Part shown: one piece after another, positions 8,247 to 18,235 of the stretch
Numbering within the stretch: position 1 is the first letter of the stretch
Layout: each line of letters begins with the position of its first letter
Source: Gemmatimonadales bacterium
Lineage (GTDB): Bacteria > Gemmatimonadota > Gemmatimonadetes > Gemmatimonadales > GWC2-71-9
DNA length: 64,000 nt
Assembly: GCA_041613315.1 (NCBI GenBank)
Contig: JBFJHJ010000013.1
Span: 1 to 64,000, forward strand
Direction: 5' to 3'
The notes under the pieces: generated by a model
What the model saw: the letters and a program-made list of their open reading frames with translations, nothing else
What the model was told of the DNA's origin: nothing
Databases searched by the model: none
Made by a program: the position numbers and the translations under genes

Positions 8247-10910
8247 GTGAGCACCGATCCGCATCAACCGCTCCGGGACGACGTCCGCCTCCTGGGAAGC
8301 CTGCTCGGCGACACCCTGCGGGCCCTCGAGGGGGAGGCCCTCTTCGAGACGGTGGAGGGCGTGCGCGCCCTCTCGAAGGCCGCCCGCGAGGGGAACGCGG
8401 CCGCGTTCGCCCGACTCGACACGACGCTCCGGACGTTGCCCGTCGAGCATGCCGTCCCGGTCGCCCGCGCGTTCGCCCACTTCCTGACACTCGCCAACAT
8501 CGCAGAGCAACACCATCGCGTCCGGCGACGGCACGACTACTTGCGCACCCCCGACGCGCCGCCCCAACGGGCGTCCTTCGACGACACCTTCCGGCGGCTG
8601 CTGGCGGCCGGGGTCACCCCGGACGAGCTCGCCCAAACCGTACATGGACTGCGGATCGAGCTCGTGCTGACGGCCCACCCCACGGAAGTGGTGCGCCGAA
8701 CGCTCCGCCAGCGGCAGCGTCGCATCGCCGAGCTGCTGGCCTATCGCGACCGGCGGGACCTCACCGTCCCTCAGCGGGAGCTCGCCGAGCAGGCCCTGCG
8801 ACGCGAGATCACGGCGGCGTGGATGACCGACGAGGTGCGGCGCGAGCGGCCGACGCCGCTCGACGAGGCCCGCTCGGGCCTCGTGGTGTTCGAGCAAACG
8901 CTGTGGGACGCGGTACCGCGGCATCTGCGGGCGCTCGACCGGAGTCTGCGTGCCGCGTGCGGCCGCGGGCTGCCCGCCGACGCCGCGCCCATCCGGTTCG
9001 GCTCGTGGATGGGCGGCGACCGCGACGGCAATCCGACCGTCACGCCGGAGGTGACGGAGCGCGCGTGCCTGCTCGCCCGATGGATGGCGGCGCACCTGTA
9101 CGCGGAAGAAGTTGCGGCCCTGCGCGCCGAACTCTCCATGCGGGAGGGGAACGCGGAGCTCCGCGACCGGACGGGAGGCGCGTACGAGCCGTACCGCGCG
9201 CTCCTGGGGGCGGTGCATCGCCGACTGCGCGCGACCCGTGCGTGCGTCGAGCGGTTGCTCCGCGGCGATGCCGATGAGTGCGCGGGGGACGATGCGGCGC
9301 CTCTCTGGAATGCGGACGAGTTACGCGCACCGCTGGAGTTGTGCCGACGCTCGTTGATCGATACCGGCGCGGAGGTCGTAGCCGATGGGCGACTCCTCGA
9401 CCTGCTACGCCGCCTCGCCTGCTTCGGGCTCACCCTCGTCCGGCTCGATCTGCGGCAGGAAGCGTCACGCCACACCGAAGCCCTCGACGCCGTGAGCCGC
9501 GCGCTGGGGGAGGGATCGTACGCGGCGTTCGACGAAGGTGATCGGCACGCGTTCCTGCTGCGGCATCTCACGACGGACGCGCATGCCGTGACGCGGGCGC
9601 TCGACGGCTCGTTCGACCCCGCAGTGCGTGATGTGATCGACACGTTCCGCACCGCCGCCCGGATCCGGCCGGACGCGCTCGGGGCGTACGTGATCTCGAT
9701 GGCGACCGAGCCATCGGACGTGCTGGCGGTCGAGCTGCTGCAGGCCGCGGCCGGTGTGCGTCCACCGCTCCGGGTGGTGCCCCTCTTCGAAACGGTGGGC
9801 GATCTCGCGACCGCGGGTGCGACCGTTTCGCGGCTGCTCGATCTCCCGTGGTACCGCGGGCGCATTGGCGACCAGCAGGAAGTCATGATCGGCTATTCCG
9901 ACTCCGCCAAGGACGGCGGCCGCCTCGCGGCCGCGTGGGCCCTGTACACGGCGCAGGAGGATGTCGTGGCAGCCTGCCGCCAACGCGGCGTGCGAATCAC
10001 GCTGTTCCACGGACGAGGAGGCACCGTCGGTCGGGGTGGGGGACCGACCCACCTGGCGATCCAGTCTCAGCCGCCGGGCTCGGTGGAGGGCGCCCTGCGC
10101 GTGACGGAGCAGGGGGAGATGATCGATGCCAAGTTCGGTCTCCCCGGTGTCGCGCTCCGGACCCTCGAGCTGTACACCACCGCCGTGATGGAGGCCACGC
10201 TGCGGCCGCCCACGGAGCCGCGACCGGCGTGGCGCCGCCGCATGCAGCAATTGGTCGACGCGTCCCGCGATGCCTACCGCCGCCTGGTCTACGAGACGCC
10301 GGACTTCGTGGCGTACTTCCGCGCCGCGACCCCCGAGCCGGAGCTCGGAACGCTCGCGATCGGGAGCCGGCCGGCGCGTCGCGCGCGGGGCACCGGTGTC
10401 GAGTCGCTCCGGGCGATCCCCTGGGTGTTCGCATGGACGCAGGTGCGGCTGATGCTGCCCGCGTGGCTCGGGCTCCGCGCCGCGCTTCAGGAGGCGGAAT
10501 CCGCGGGAGCGCATGAGGACGTGCTCGCCATGTATCGCGAGTGGCCGCTCTTCCACTCGACGATCGACCTGATCGAGATGGTGCTCGCCAAGGCATCGCC
10601 GGACATCGCCGCGGAGTACGAGAAGCGGCTCGTGCCGGAGCGGCTGCGCCCGCTCGGAGCGGCACTTCATGTGGAGCTGGCGGATGCGATGCAGGCGGTA
10701 CGACGGCTCACGGGCCACGCTCGCCTCCTGGAGCACAATCCAGTGTTACGACGATCCATTGACGTGCGGAACCCGTACGTTGACCCGATCAATCTCGTCC
10801 AAGCCGAGATCCTCAGCCGGCTGCGGCAGGCGCACGGCGACGCTCGCCTGCACGACGCCCTGCTGATCACGGTGAACGGGATCGCGGCAGGGATGCGGAA
10901 CACGGGATGA
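8247..10910 (+). CDS. ppc: Phosphoenolpyruvate carboxylase
   Basis: VLTAHPTEV, SWMGGDRDGNP, QEVMIGYSDSAKDGG, FHGRGGTVGRGG, SLRAIPWVFAWTQ, C-terminal IAAGMRNTG. Confidence 0.97.
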   Translation: MSTDPHQPLRDDVRLLGSLLGDTLRALEGEALFETVEGVRALSKAAREGNAAAFARLDTTLRTLPVEHAVPVARAFAHFLTLANIAEQHHRVRRRHDYLRTPDAPPQRASFDDTFRRLLAAGVTPDELAQTVHGLRIELVLTAHPTEVVRRTLRQRQRRIAELLAYRDRRDLTVPQRELAEQALRREITAAWMTDEVRRERPTPLDEARSGLVVFEQTLWDAVPRHLRALDRSLRAACGRGLPADAAPIRFGSWMGGDRDGNPTVTPEVTERACLLARWMAAHLYAEEVAALRAELSMREGNAELRDRTGGAYEPYRALLGAVHRRLRATRACVERLLRGDADECAGDDAAPLWNADELRAPLELCRRSLIDTGAEVVADGRLLDLLRRLACFGLTLVRLDLRQEASRHTEALDAVSRALGEGSYAAFDEGDRHAFLLRHLTTDAHAVTRALDGSFDPAVRDVIDTFRTAARIRPDALGAYVISMATEPSDVLAVELLQAAAGVRPPLRVVPLFETVGDLATAGATVSRLLDLPWYRGRIGDQQEVMIGYSDSAKDGGRLAAAWALYTAQEDVVAACRQRGVRITLFHGRGGTVGRGGGPTHLAIQSQPPGSVEGALRVTEQGEMIDAKFGLPGVALRTLELYTTAVMEATLRPPTEPRPAWRRRMQQLVDASRDAYRRLVYETPDFVAYFRAATPEPELGTLAIGSRPARRARGTGVESLRAIPWVFAWTQVRLMLPAWLGLRAALQEAESAGAHEDVLAMYREWPLFHSTIDLIEMVLAKASPDIAAEYEKRLVPERLRPLGAALHVELADAMQAVRRLTGHARLLEHNPVLRRSIDVRNPYVDPINLVQAEILSRLRQAHGDARLHDALLITVNGIAAGMRNTG

Positions 10911-11031
10911 GGCGCCCGCGATCTCGATCGCTCCGTGCAGCGTCCGTTCCCCAGGCATCCGTCCCCTTGACGCCCGGCGGATCGGAGTGCCCCTTACGAC
11001 GCGTTAAGGACCCTTCATTTAGGGAGGCACC

Positions 11032-11811
11032 ATGAAGCGCCTCGTTCTCAGCCTGCTCCTCGGCGCGCTCGCGTCACCCGGGATCGCCGCGGCGCAGGCG
11101 GGACCGCCCGAGAGAGGTCAACTCGTCGAAGTCAGTACGTTCAGTGTCGACCCGGCGCAGGCGCCGGCCTTCGAGGCGGCGGTCATGAAGGTGGTCAAGG
11201 CCGCCAAAGAAGCCAAAGTGAAGAGCGCCTGGCATTTCTGGACGGAGGGCTGGCAATACCATCTCGTGTATCCGGTCCCCAACATGGCGTACTTCGATGA
11301 CCCGATGGCGTTCGAGAAGCAGTTCGAGGGCACGCCGGGGCAGGCAACGCTCGAGCAGGCGTTCGGGGACATGGAAACCGTCGGGACGCGCGTGACGCTC
11401 ACCGAAGTGGCCGAAACCGTCCCGGGATGGGGGCACCGCCCGGCGGCGCCCCCGACGAATCCCTCGTTCGGGCACATCAACGAGTTCTGGATCAAACCGG
11501 GAAAAGACCGGGCGTTCGATGCGGTGGTCAAGGAATTCATGGCCTTCTTCAAGGAAGTGGGCTACGGGTACGAAGTGCTGGGGCACCGCGTGCACTTCGG
11601 CGCGACGGGCCGGGCCGTGTTCGTGACGTTTGTCGACAACCTGGAGAACTTCTACGGGAGCAAGAGCCTCCCTCGGCTCATCCAGCAGAAGAAGGCCGAC
11701 CAGAAATGGCAAGCACTGCTGGCGCGGCTGGCGGCCGTCATCGACCGCTCGGACGAGTCCACCATCATGTACCGACCCGACCTGAGCTTCATGCCGCCGA
11801 CAGGCTCATGA
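11032..11811 (+). CDS. Exported hypothetical protein with two related alpha/beta (NIPSNAP/DABB-like) halves
   Basis: GGAGG RBS; signal peptide ending AAAQA; two similar segments (FSVDPAQAPAFEAAV / FWIKPGKDRAFDAVV). Confidence 0.7.
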   Translation: MKRLVLSLLLGALASPGIAAAQAGPPERGQLVEVSTFSVDPAQAPAFEAAVMKVVKAAKEAKVKSAWHFWTEGWQYHLVYPVPNMAYFDDPMAFEKQFEGTPGQATLEQAFGDMETVGTRVTLTEVAETVPGWGHRPAAPPTNPSFGHINEFWIKPGKDRAFDAVVKEFMAFFKEVGYGYEVLGHRVHFGATGRAVFVTFVDNLENFYGSKSLPRLIQQKKADQKWQALLARLAAVIDRSDESTIMYRPDLSFMPPTGS

Positions 11812-11833
11812 GGCCCTCTGGGTCTCCCCAACA

Positions 11834-11861
11834 CGAGGGCGGTCCATCCGGACCGCCCTCG
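11834..11861. terminator. Hairpin between convergent genes, likely intrinsic terminator
   Basis: CGAGGGCGGTCC-ATCC-GGACCGCCCTCG, a 12-bp perfect stem followed by GTCATTTCT. Confidence 0.6.
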
Positions 11862-11907
11862 GTCATTTCTCCCCGCTCCCCGCCGATCTCGTCTCTTGGG
11901 GCCGCTG

Positions 11908-12762
11908 CTAGCCGGATGCTCGGGGGAGGACCTCCGAAACGGGAACGGCTGAGGAACGGCATCGTGCGGCGAACGCTAGCAGAGTCAAGTCGAGGACCTG
12001 TTGTGGCCGCGCAGCATCGGTGATCGCCACGGGAACGAGCTCGCGGCGTAGCGCCGCGAAGCGCTCGCCGCTGAGCCCGCACGCCGCGGCGACCGACCCG
12101 GCCGACGCCCCGCTCCACTGTGCCACGCTCACGACGAAGAGGAGCGTGATCCAGGCCGCGAGCTCCTCGGGCGCGGGGACCTCCGCGGCGAGACATCGCA
12201 TGCGGAGCGTCCCGGCGCTGATGCCGAGCTGCGCGGCGACGCGGTCGACGGCGGGGATCCCGGCTGCCTCCCGCGAGAGCCGCTCGAGCACCGCACGTGC
12301 CAGCTCGGTGAGGCCCGCCGGGCGGCGTGGGAGGACGGCGCCCAGCATCCGGTCGACGCTGGGCGCCGGGGCGGTGGCGAGCCATTTCAGCAGGAAGCTG
12401 CGGAGGGTGCCGGCCTCTCGGCGGTCCCGCGACTGCACCCGCACGGTCACGCCGGGGATCTCCCCGGCGACCTGGCGGAACGCGAGAGTGTCTCTGCGGG
12501 GCTCGACGTAGAGCAGGATCGGGAGCGCCGGCTGCGCCGCCCGCACGTGTCGGACGACGGCCATCGCCAGAGCCGAGAGGGGCTCGGCGTCCCACACGAT
12601 GCCGCTGAGTCGGCCGAGCACGTCGGCCTCGTAGACCAGCCGATCCGGCGGGATCTCAACACACCGATAGGGTGCAGCCGCCGCGGCCGTCGCCAACCAG
12701 CGCCGGGCCGTCGCGTCGGCGATCCAGTACCCCATCTGCCCACCGATCCGCACGTGCACCAC
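11908..12762 (-). CDS. Putative AraC-like HTH transcriptional regulator (divergent sequence)
   Basis: C-terminal AVDRVAAQLGISAGTLRMRC...AGSVAAACGLS resembles tandem HTHs; start uncertain. Confidence 0.55.
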   Translation of the reverse strand: MVHVRIGGQMGYWIADATARRWLATAAAAAPYRCVEIPPDRLVYEADVLGRLSGIVWDAEPLSALAMAVVRHVRAAQPALPILLYVEPRRDTLAFRQVAGEIPGVTVRVQSRDRREAGTLRSFLLKWLATAPAPSVDRMLGAVLPRRPAGLTELARAVLERLSREAAGIPAVDRVAAQLGISAGTLRMRCLAAEVPAPEELAAWITLLFVVSVAQWSGASAGSVAAACGLSGERFAALRRELVPVAITDAARPQQVLDLTLLAFAARCRSSAVPVSEVLPRASG

Positions 12763-12917
12763 GTCGTTGTCCTTGTCGGGGGAACCTCAACCGGAACGCG
12801 GCTGGCGGCCCTTCCTTAGCTATCGGCGCGTCGCCGTCGGTCTGAAGCGCGTCGACGAGCGGCGGACGCGCCGTGGACGAATCGCGTGAACTAGTGCGAG
12901 TCGCAAGGCGGGGGGTG

Positions 12918-12933
12918 TGTGACGCGCGTCACG
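12918..12933. promoter_or_regulatory. CRP/FNR-family-like palindromic site
   Basis: TGTGA-CGCGCG-TCACG, one mismatch to TGTGA-N6-TCACA, in the divergent intergenic region. Confidence 0.4.
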
Positions 12934-13002
12934 ATGCGCGGCAAACGGCCGTCAAGTGACGGCGTGCGAGTCGCTTACGATGTGTGATCCGGCGCGCAGC
13001 AT

Positions 13003-13019
13003 TCGGCATGGTAGTTGCC
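13003..13019 (+). promoter_or_regulatory. Sigma54 (-24/-12)-like promoter for the chemosensory cluster
   Basis: CGGCATGGTAGTTGC versus consensus TGGCACG-N4-TTGC; GG (13005-6) and GC (13017-8) are separated by exactly 10 nt; about 110 nt upstream of the Hpt gene. Confidence 0.5.
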
Positions 13020-13127
13020 CACATTGCACGCATCACGTTGCACGAACCGCAAGAATCGGCGGTACGCGTGGGCGCCGGAAGTGTGACGTGCGCGCCTGCG
13101 CATCGTCCGAGAGGAGTGAAGGATTCG

Positions 13128-13541
13128 ATGCGCACAACCGATGATCTACTCGTGGTCTTCGACGCGGAGTGCCGAGAACATCTCGCGGCCATGCGTCGCG
13201 CGCTCGACACACTCGAGCATCGACCGGCCGACTGGAATGCCGTCTCGGTGGTCGTCCGCGGCGCCCACACGATTGCCGGCAACGCGGCGATGATGGCGCT
13301 CACCGCCCCCACGAAGCTGGCGCGCGCCCTCGAGCAGGCCGCGATCCGGCTGCACGGCGGACGACAGGCGGCGGGCATGAGCGCGATGGCGCTGATGCGG
13401 GAATCGGTGGAGGCGCTGGACGCGATGCTGCGCGTGTGCGTCCAGCAGGCCGGCGACGGTGTGTCCTTGGACTCGCGGGTCGAACGGGTTCTCAACAGGC
13501 TCGAGGGGGTCGGCGTTCAGACCGCCGCGGGCTCGACGTAG
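13128..13541 (+). CDS. Stand-alone Hpt (CheA P1-like) phosphotransfer protein
   Basis: FDAECREHL...RGAHTIAGNAAMM...LARALEQ; phospho-His retained. Confidence 0.8.
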   Translation: MRTTDDLLVVFDAECREHLAAMRRALDTLEHRPADWNAVSVVVRGAHTIAGNAAMMALTAPTKLARALEQAAIRLHGGRQAAGMSAMALMRESVEALDAMLRVCVQQAGDGVSLDSRVERVLNRLEGVGVQTAAGST

Positions 13542-13549
13542 GTGACGAC

Positions 13550-13957
13550 ATGGCGAGCACCAAGAAGCGCGTGTTGGCGGTGGACGACTCGACGCTGCTT
13601 CAGCGGATGTACGAGATGTCCTTCAAGATCTACACGACGGTTCCCGTCGAGCTGGCGATTGCGTCCGATGGTCAGGACGCACTGACACGGCTCGCCGAAC
13701 ACCCCGACACCGACCTCGTCCTTCTCGACATCAACATGCCCGGCATGACCGGGCTCGAGTGCCTCGAGCGGATCCGCAAGGAACCGGCGCTCAAGCGCAT
13801 CCGCGTCATACTCGTCAGCACCGAAGACCACCGGTCGGACGTCGAGCGCGGCGTCGCGGCCGGCGCCGTCGCCTACCTCATCAAGCCGTTTACGCCCCAG
13901 CAGTTGCACGAACTCCTCGACGACATGCTGGTGTCCAAGCGGGCGAACGGGCGGTAA
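13550..13957 (+). CDS. Single-domain response regulator (CheY-like)
   Basis: VLAVDDS, LVLLDINMPGMTG, VST, YLIKPF. Confidence 0.9.
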   Translation: MASTKKRVLAVDDSTLLQRMYEMSFKIYTTVPVELAIASDGQDALTRLAEHPDTDLVLLDINMPGMTGLECLERIRKEPALKRIRVILVSTEDHRSDVERGVAAGAVAYLIKPFTPQQLHELLDDMLVSKRANGR

Positions 13958-13969
13958 GCCGGAGCGACC

Positions 13970-15556
13970 GTGTCGGCCAATCCCTTTGAGGCGCTCCTCC
14001 AGGAATTCCTCCTGGAGGCGCACGAACGGCTGCAGCGCATCGAGGACCGACTGGTGCGCCTGCGGACCGCGGCCCCGGCGGCGCGGCCGACGTTGCTGGC
14101 GGACGCCGCGCGCGAGCTGCACACCCTCAAGGGCAACTCCGGGATGATGGGCCTCGCCGAGCTCCAGGGCATCGCGCATGGGGCGGAGGAGGAGCTCAAG
14201 AGCGCGGGGCCGGACGCGATCGACGTGTCCGCCGTGCTGGGGTCGCTGGATCGCTTCCGTGTGGCGCTCCACGCGGCGGGAGGCGGCACGGCTGCGCCGA
14301 CGGCTTCCCGTGGCGCCGCCCCCGGCCGAGCCGCGGAGGACGTGGATCTCGCCCTGGGCAGCGTGCGCGTCCCCTTCGGTGCGTTGGACGAGTTGATCGA
14401 CCTCGTGTCCGAGGTCGTCCTGTTCCGCAACCGGCTCGCGACCGCAATCAGCGCCGGACCGCGACTCGACCCGAATGCCGCCGACTACGCCGAGGCCTCC
14501 CGCGCCGCGTGGATGGAGATCCGACATGCGTACGGCGGGCTCGGCAGAACCCTGGACGTGATTCAGGACCGTGTCCTCCGGCTGCGGATGGTCCCGCTGG
14601 GCAGCCTGTTCGGGTCGCTGAACCGTCTCGTGTTCGATGAGAGCGCGCGCGTGGGGAAGGACGTGCGGCTGGAGACGCGGGGCGGCGACACGCCGTTGGA
14701 CAAGGCCTTGCTGGAGCTGGCCGGCGAGGCGCTCGGACATCTGGTGCGGAACGCGGTCGTGCACGGGCTGGAGGCGCCCGCACGGCGGGCGCAGGCCGGC
14801 AAGTCGCGGATCGGCACCGTTCGCGTGCTGGCCTCCGCGGGGGCCGAGGCCGTGCAGATCGAGGTGGCCGACGACGGCGCGGGCATTGACCAGGCCGCGC
14901 TGCGCCGCATCGCCGAGGCGCGGGGTATCGAGACCGCGAAGTTCCCGAACATCCTGTCAGTGCTCTTCCTGCCCGGCTTCTCGACGCAGCGAGAGGCCGA
15001 CATGAGCGCCGGCCGCGGCGTCGGGTTGTCGGCGGTCCAGGAGGCCGTGCGGCGGCGGGGCGGCCGGATCGAGATCCTCACGGAGCCCGGACGGGGAACG
15101 ACCTTCCTGCTGCATCTCCCGTTGAGCGTCTCCATCGCCCGGGCGCTGCTCGTCAGAGCCGACGGTGAGGACTACGCCCTGCCGCTGGCCTCCGTCGTGG
15201 ACAGCCGCCGCCTCCGGTGCGGGGAGAGCCATCGGGTGAACAACGCCGGCGTAATGCGCTGGCGTGAGCGGACGATCCCCTTGCTCGATCTCGGCTGCAG
15301 TTTCGGCACCGCTCGGGCGATGCGGGAATCCGGCTACGTGATCGTAATCGAGGCACAGGGAAAGCAGCGGGGTCTCTTGGCGGACCAGATCCGCGGGATC
15401 CAGGAGGTGGTTGTGAAGGGTCTCGATCCGATCGTCGGCGATGCGCCCGGGATCGCGGGGTCCACCGTCTTGGGCGACGGGCGCGCGATCCTGATCCTCG
15501 ACCCGCGGAGCCTCGTGGAGGCGGCGCCGTTCGTCGAGGCGGAGGTGGGCGTGTGA
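13970..15556 (+). CDS. cheA: Chemotaxis histidine kinase CheA (short, no evident P2 domain)
   Basis: LHTLKGNSGMMG Hpt; HLVRNAVVHGLE; DDGAGID; LPGFST...GRGVGL; C-terminal CheW domain. Confidence 0.95.
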   Translation: MSANPFEALLQEFLLEAHERLQRIEDRLVRLRTAAPAARPTLLADAARELHTLKGNSGMMGLAELQGIAHGAEEELKSAGPDAIDVSAVLGSLDRFRVALHAAGGGTAAPTASRGAAPGRAAEDVDLALGSVRVPFGALDELIDLVSEVVLFRNRLATAISAGPRLDPNAADYAEASRAAWMEIRHAYGGLGRTLDVIQDRVLRLRMVPLGSLFGSLNRLVFDESARVGKDVRLETRGGDTPLDKALLELAGEALGHLVRNAVVHGLEAPARRAQAGKSRIGTVRVLASAGAEAVQIEVADDGAGIDQAALRRIAEARGIETAKFPNILSVLFLPGFSTQREADMSAGRGVGLSAVQEAVRRRGGRIEILTEPGRGTTFLLHLPLSVSIARALLVRADGEDYALPLASVVDSRRLRCGESHRVNNAGVMRWRERTIPLLDLGCSFGTARAMRESGYVIVIEAQGKQRGLLADQIRGIQEVVVKGLDPIVGDAPGIAGSTVLGDGRAILILDPRSLVEAAPFVEAEVGV

Positions 15557-16179
15557 GCGACGCGCCCAAGAAGCGCGCCCGCCGGGCGTCGCGGCGGGCC
15601 AAGCGCGCGACGCCGAAGCCGGCCGCCGCCGCCGAGGCGCCGGAGACGTTTGGCGGCCGCGAGCGCGTGTACGCGTTCGCGGACAGTGTCGACGCGGTCG
15701 AGGGTGCTCGCGAGGGAGACGAGCAGGAAGAGGTGCGACTCGAGACCTGGGTCGCCTTCCGGCTGGCGGGCGAGACGTTCGCGCTACCGGTCAGCGCCGT
15801 GCAGGAGATCGTCCGGGTCGCGGGGATCACCCGGGTGCCGCACGCGCCCTACACGGTCCGGGGGGTCATCAACCTGCGCGGCCGTGTGGTGCCGGTGGTG
15901 GACCTCCGGGTCCGGATCGGCTTGCCGCCCGCCGACGTCAGTCCCTCCAGCCGCATCCTCGTCACGTCCACGCGGGGCCGGCTCCTGGGCCTGCTGGTGG
16001 ACGCGGTGGACCAGGTCGTCCGGCTCGACCGCAATCAGGTCGAACCGGCGCCTCCGGACGTCATGACGGCGCAATCGGAGTACCTCCTCGGCGTCTACCA
16101 CCTGGAGCGGGCGCTGCTGATCCTGCTCGTGGTGGAGCCGCTGCTGTTGGTGCCGGATTCGCTCCAGGCCGGAGTGTGA
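15553..16179 (+). CDS. cheW: Chemotaxis coupling protein CheW
   Basis: ITRVPHAPYTVRGVINLRGRVVPVVDLR. Confidence 0.93.
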   Translation: MSDAPKKRARRASRRAKRATPKPAAAAEAPETFGGRERVYAFADSVDAVEGAREGDEQEEVRLETWVAFRLAGETFALPVSAVQEIVRVAGITRVPHAPYTVRGVINLRGRVVPVVDLRVRIGLPPADVSPSSRILVTSTRGRLLGLLVDAVDQVVRLDRNQVEPAPPDVMTAQSEYLLGVYHLERALLILLVVEPLLLVPDSLQAGV

Positions 16180-16369
16180 GGTGCGGCATGGTGCCCGACC
16201 ATGGCGGGGCTGACCTTGTGCTGGGCTTCCGGAGCGCCTCGGGCGGCGCGGCCGACCGCTCGTCACGGGGGATCGCCGTGAACCATCGGGGAGGTGGAAC
16301 CTGAGCACCGAAGAGCAACTGAGCCGTCCGCGCGACGGCGCGGCCGATTCCCGGCCCCGGTGGGCGTCC

Positions 16370-18235
16370 ATGCCCGTAGGCGAGATGATGCTCCAGGTGC
16401 TCGGGAGGGTCCGATTCGCGTACAAGATTGCTCTCCTACCGGCGCTCGCGGCGCTGGGGTACCTGGCGATCCTGGTGGTCTCGGTGTCGCTGGGCAACCG
16501 CAGTGGCCGCCTGCTCGATCGGATCGAGGTCGGATACGCCCCGTCGCTGGAGTTGAGCCGGGATCTCGAGCAGACGCTCACGGCGATGCAGCGGTCGATG
16601 CAGGACGCGGTGGTCGCCGCCGATCGGGACGGGTTGGGGACGAGCGACTCGCTGCGGGATGTCTTCTTGGGACGGCTCGACGGTCAGCAATCGAACCCGG
16701 TGGTGGAGGCGGGAGAGCTGGAGCGTCTCGCGTCGGACGTGCAGGAGTATCACGTCTTCGCGCACGGCGTGAGCCGGCGGCTCATTGCCGGCGAGACCGG
16801 CGACGCCGTGCTGGAGGCGCTCACCGAGATGCGCAACCGCTACAACACGCTCCGCAGCAGACTCGCAGCGCGCACCGCCCGCGACCGGGTAGCGATCAGC
16901 GACGGCTTCGATTCGGCGCGGAGGGCCCAGCGCTCCACCCTCCAGGCGACCGTCGGCGCGACCGTGCTCGCCCTGTTCTTGCTCACCGTGCTCTCGCTCT
17001 GGATCGTGCGTGGGGTGGCGCGCTCCGTTCGAGAGCTCTCCGTGGGATTCCGCCGCGTCAGTGGGGGTGACTTCACGCAGACGCTGCACGTCTCCAGCAC
17101 CGACGAGCTTGGGCGCCTCGCCCGCCTGATGAACGAGATGATGGAGCGCGTGGGCACGTTGATCGTGGGTATTCGGGACGCGGCCCGCACGGTGGCGACG
17201 GCATTGGACGAGGTCTCGGCGGCCGTGACGCAGATGGCGCGAGGTGCGGAGCACCAATCCTCGGCGACCGACGAGACGTCGGCCACCATGGTCGCCATCG
17301 CGAGCCAGATCGATCAGATCGCTCGCTCAGCGCAGGACCTCGCCACCAACGTGGACGAGACCGCCGCGTCCGTTCAGGAGATGGGGACCACGAGCGGGCA
17401 CGTCGCGAAGAACAGCGAGGATCTCCTCACGTCCGTCGAGGAGACGGCGGCCACCGTCGAGCAGATGACCGCCTCCATCAAGTCCATTGCCGACAAGATG
17501 CAGGTGGTCGACCAGGTATCCCGTGACGCGGCCCGCGTCGCGAACGAGGGCGGCGGCGAGCTGTCCCGGGTGATCGCCGGGATCGGTGCGTCCAGCCAAA
17601 ACATCGGCAAGATCGTGCGGATCATCGAGGAGATCGCCGATCAGACCAACCTGCTCGCCCTGAACGCCGCCATCGAGGCGGCTCGGGCCGGCGACGTCGG
17701 TCGCGGCTTCGCCGTCGTGGCGGAGGAGGTCCGGCGGCTGGCGGAACGGTCGGTGGAGTCCACGCGCGAGATCACGGCCGTCGTGGAGTCCGTACAACAT
17801 GACACGGGGCAGGCCGTCGAGCTCACCCGCTCCGTGCTGGAGCAGATCGTGCAGTCCGTGGGCAAGACGAGCGGACTGGTGAGCGACGTGCATGCGGCGA
17901 CCCAGGAGCAGACCAGGGGCGCTCAGCAGGTGCTCACGACGACGACGAACATGCGAAGCGTGACCGGCCAGCTGGCGATGGCGGCGCGCGAGCAGGCCGA
18001 GAGCGCGAGCGGCGTCATGCGCGCGGTCGAGGCCATGAACCGCCAGACGCAGCAGGTGGCGAACGCCACGAACGAGCAGAAGAAGGGCGGCGACCAGGTC
18101 GTGAAGGCGATCGAAGAGATCGCGGGGATCGCGCAGGAAAACCTCTCAGGGACCAAACAGCTGTCCATGACTACGGACATGCTGCTGAAGGAGGCCGAGC
18201 AGCTCAAGCGGGTGTCTGAGACGTTCCGCGTCTGA
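16370..18235 (+). CDS. Methyl-accepting chemotaxis protein (2 TM, periplasmic sensor, HAMP)
   Basis: [37 protein letters not shown] signalling tip; DELGRLA HAMP; start uncertain. Confidence 0.95.
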   Translation: MPVGEMMLQVLGRVRFAYKIALLPALAALGYLAILVVSVSLGNRSGRLLDRIEVGYAPSLELSRDLEQTLTAMQRSMQDAVVAADRDGLGTSDSLRDVFLGRLDGQQSNPVVEAGELERLASDVQEYHVFAHGVSRRLIAGETGDAVLEALTEMRNRYNTLRSRLAARTARDRVAISDGFDSARRAQRSTLQATVGATVLALFLLTVLSLWIVRGVARSVRELSVGFRRVSGGDFTQTLHVSSTDELGRLARLMNEMMERVGTLIVGIRDAARTVATALDEVSAAVTQMARGAEHQSSATDETSATMVAIASQIDQIARSAQDLATNVDETAASVQEMGTTSGHVAKNSEDLLTSVEETAATVEQMTASIKSIADKMQVVDQVSRDAARVANEGGGELSRVIAGIGASSQNIGKIVRIIEEIADQTNLLALNAAIEAARAGDVGRGFAVVAEEVRRLAERSVESTREITAVVESVQHDTGQAVELTRSVLEQIVQSVGKTSGLVSDVHAATQEQTRGAQQVLTTTTNMRSVTGQLAMAAREQAESASGVMRAVEAMNRQTQQVANATNEQKKGGDQVVKAIEEIAGIAQENLSGTKQLSMTTDMLLKEAEQLKRVSETFRV

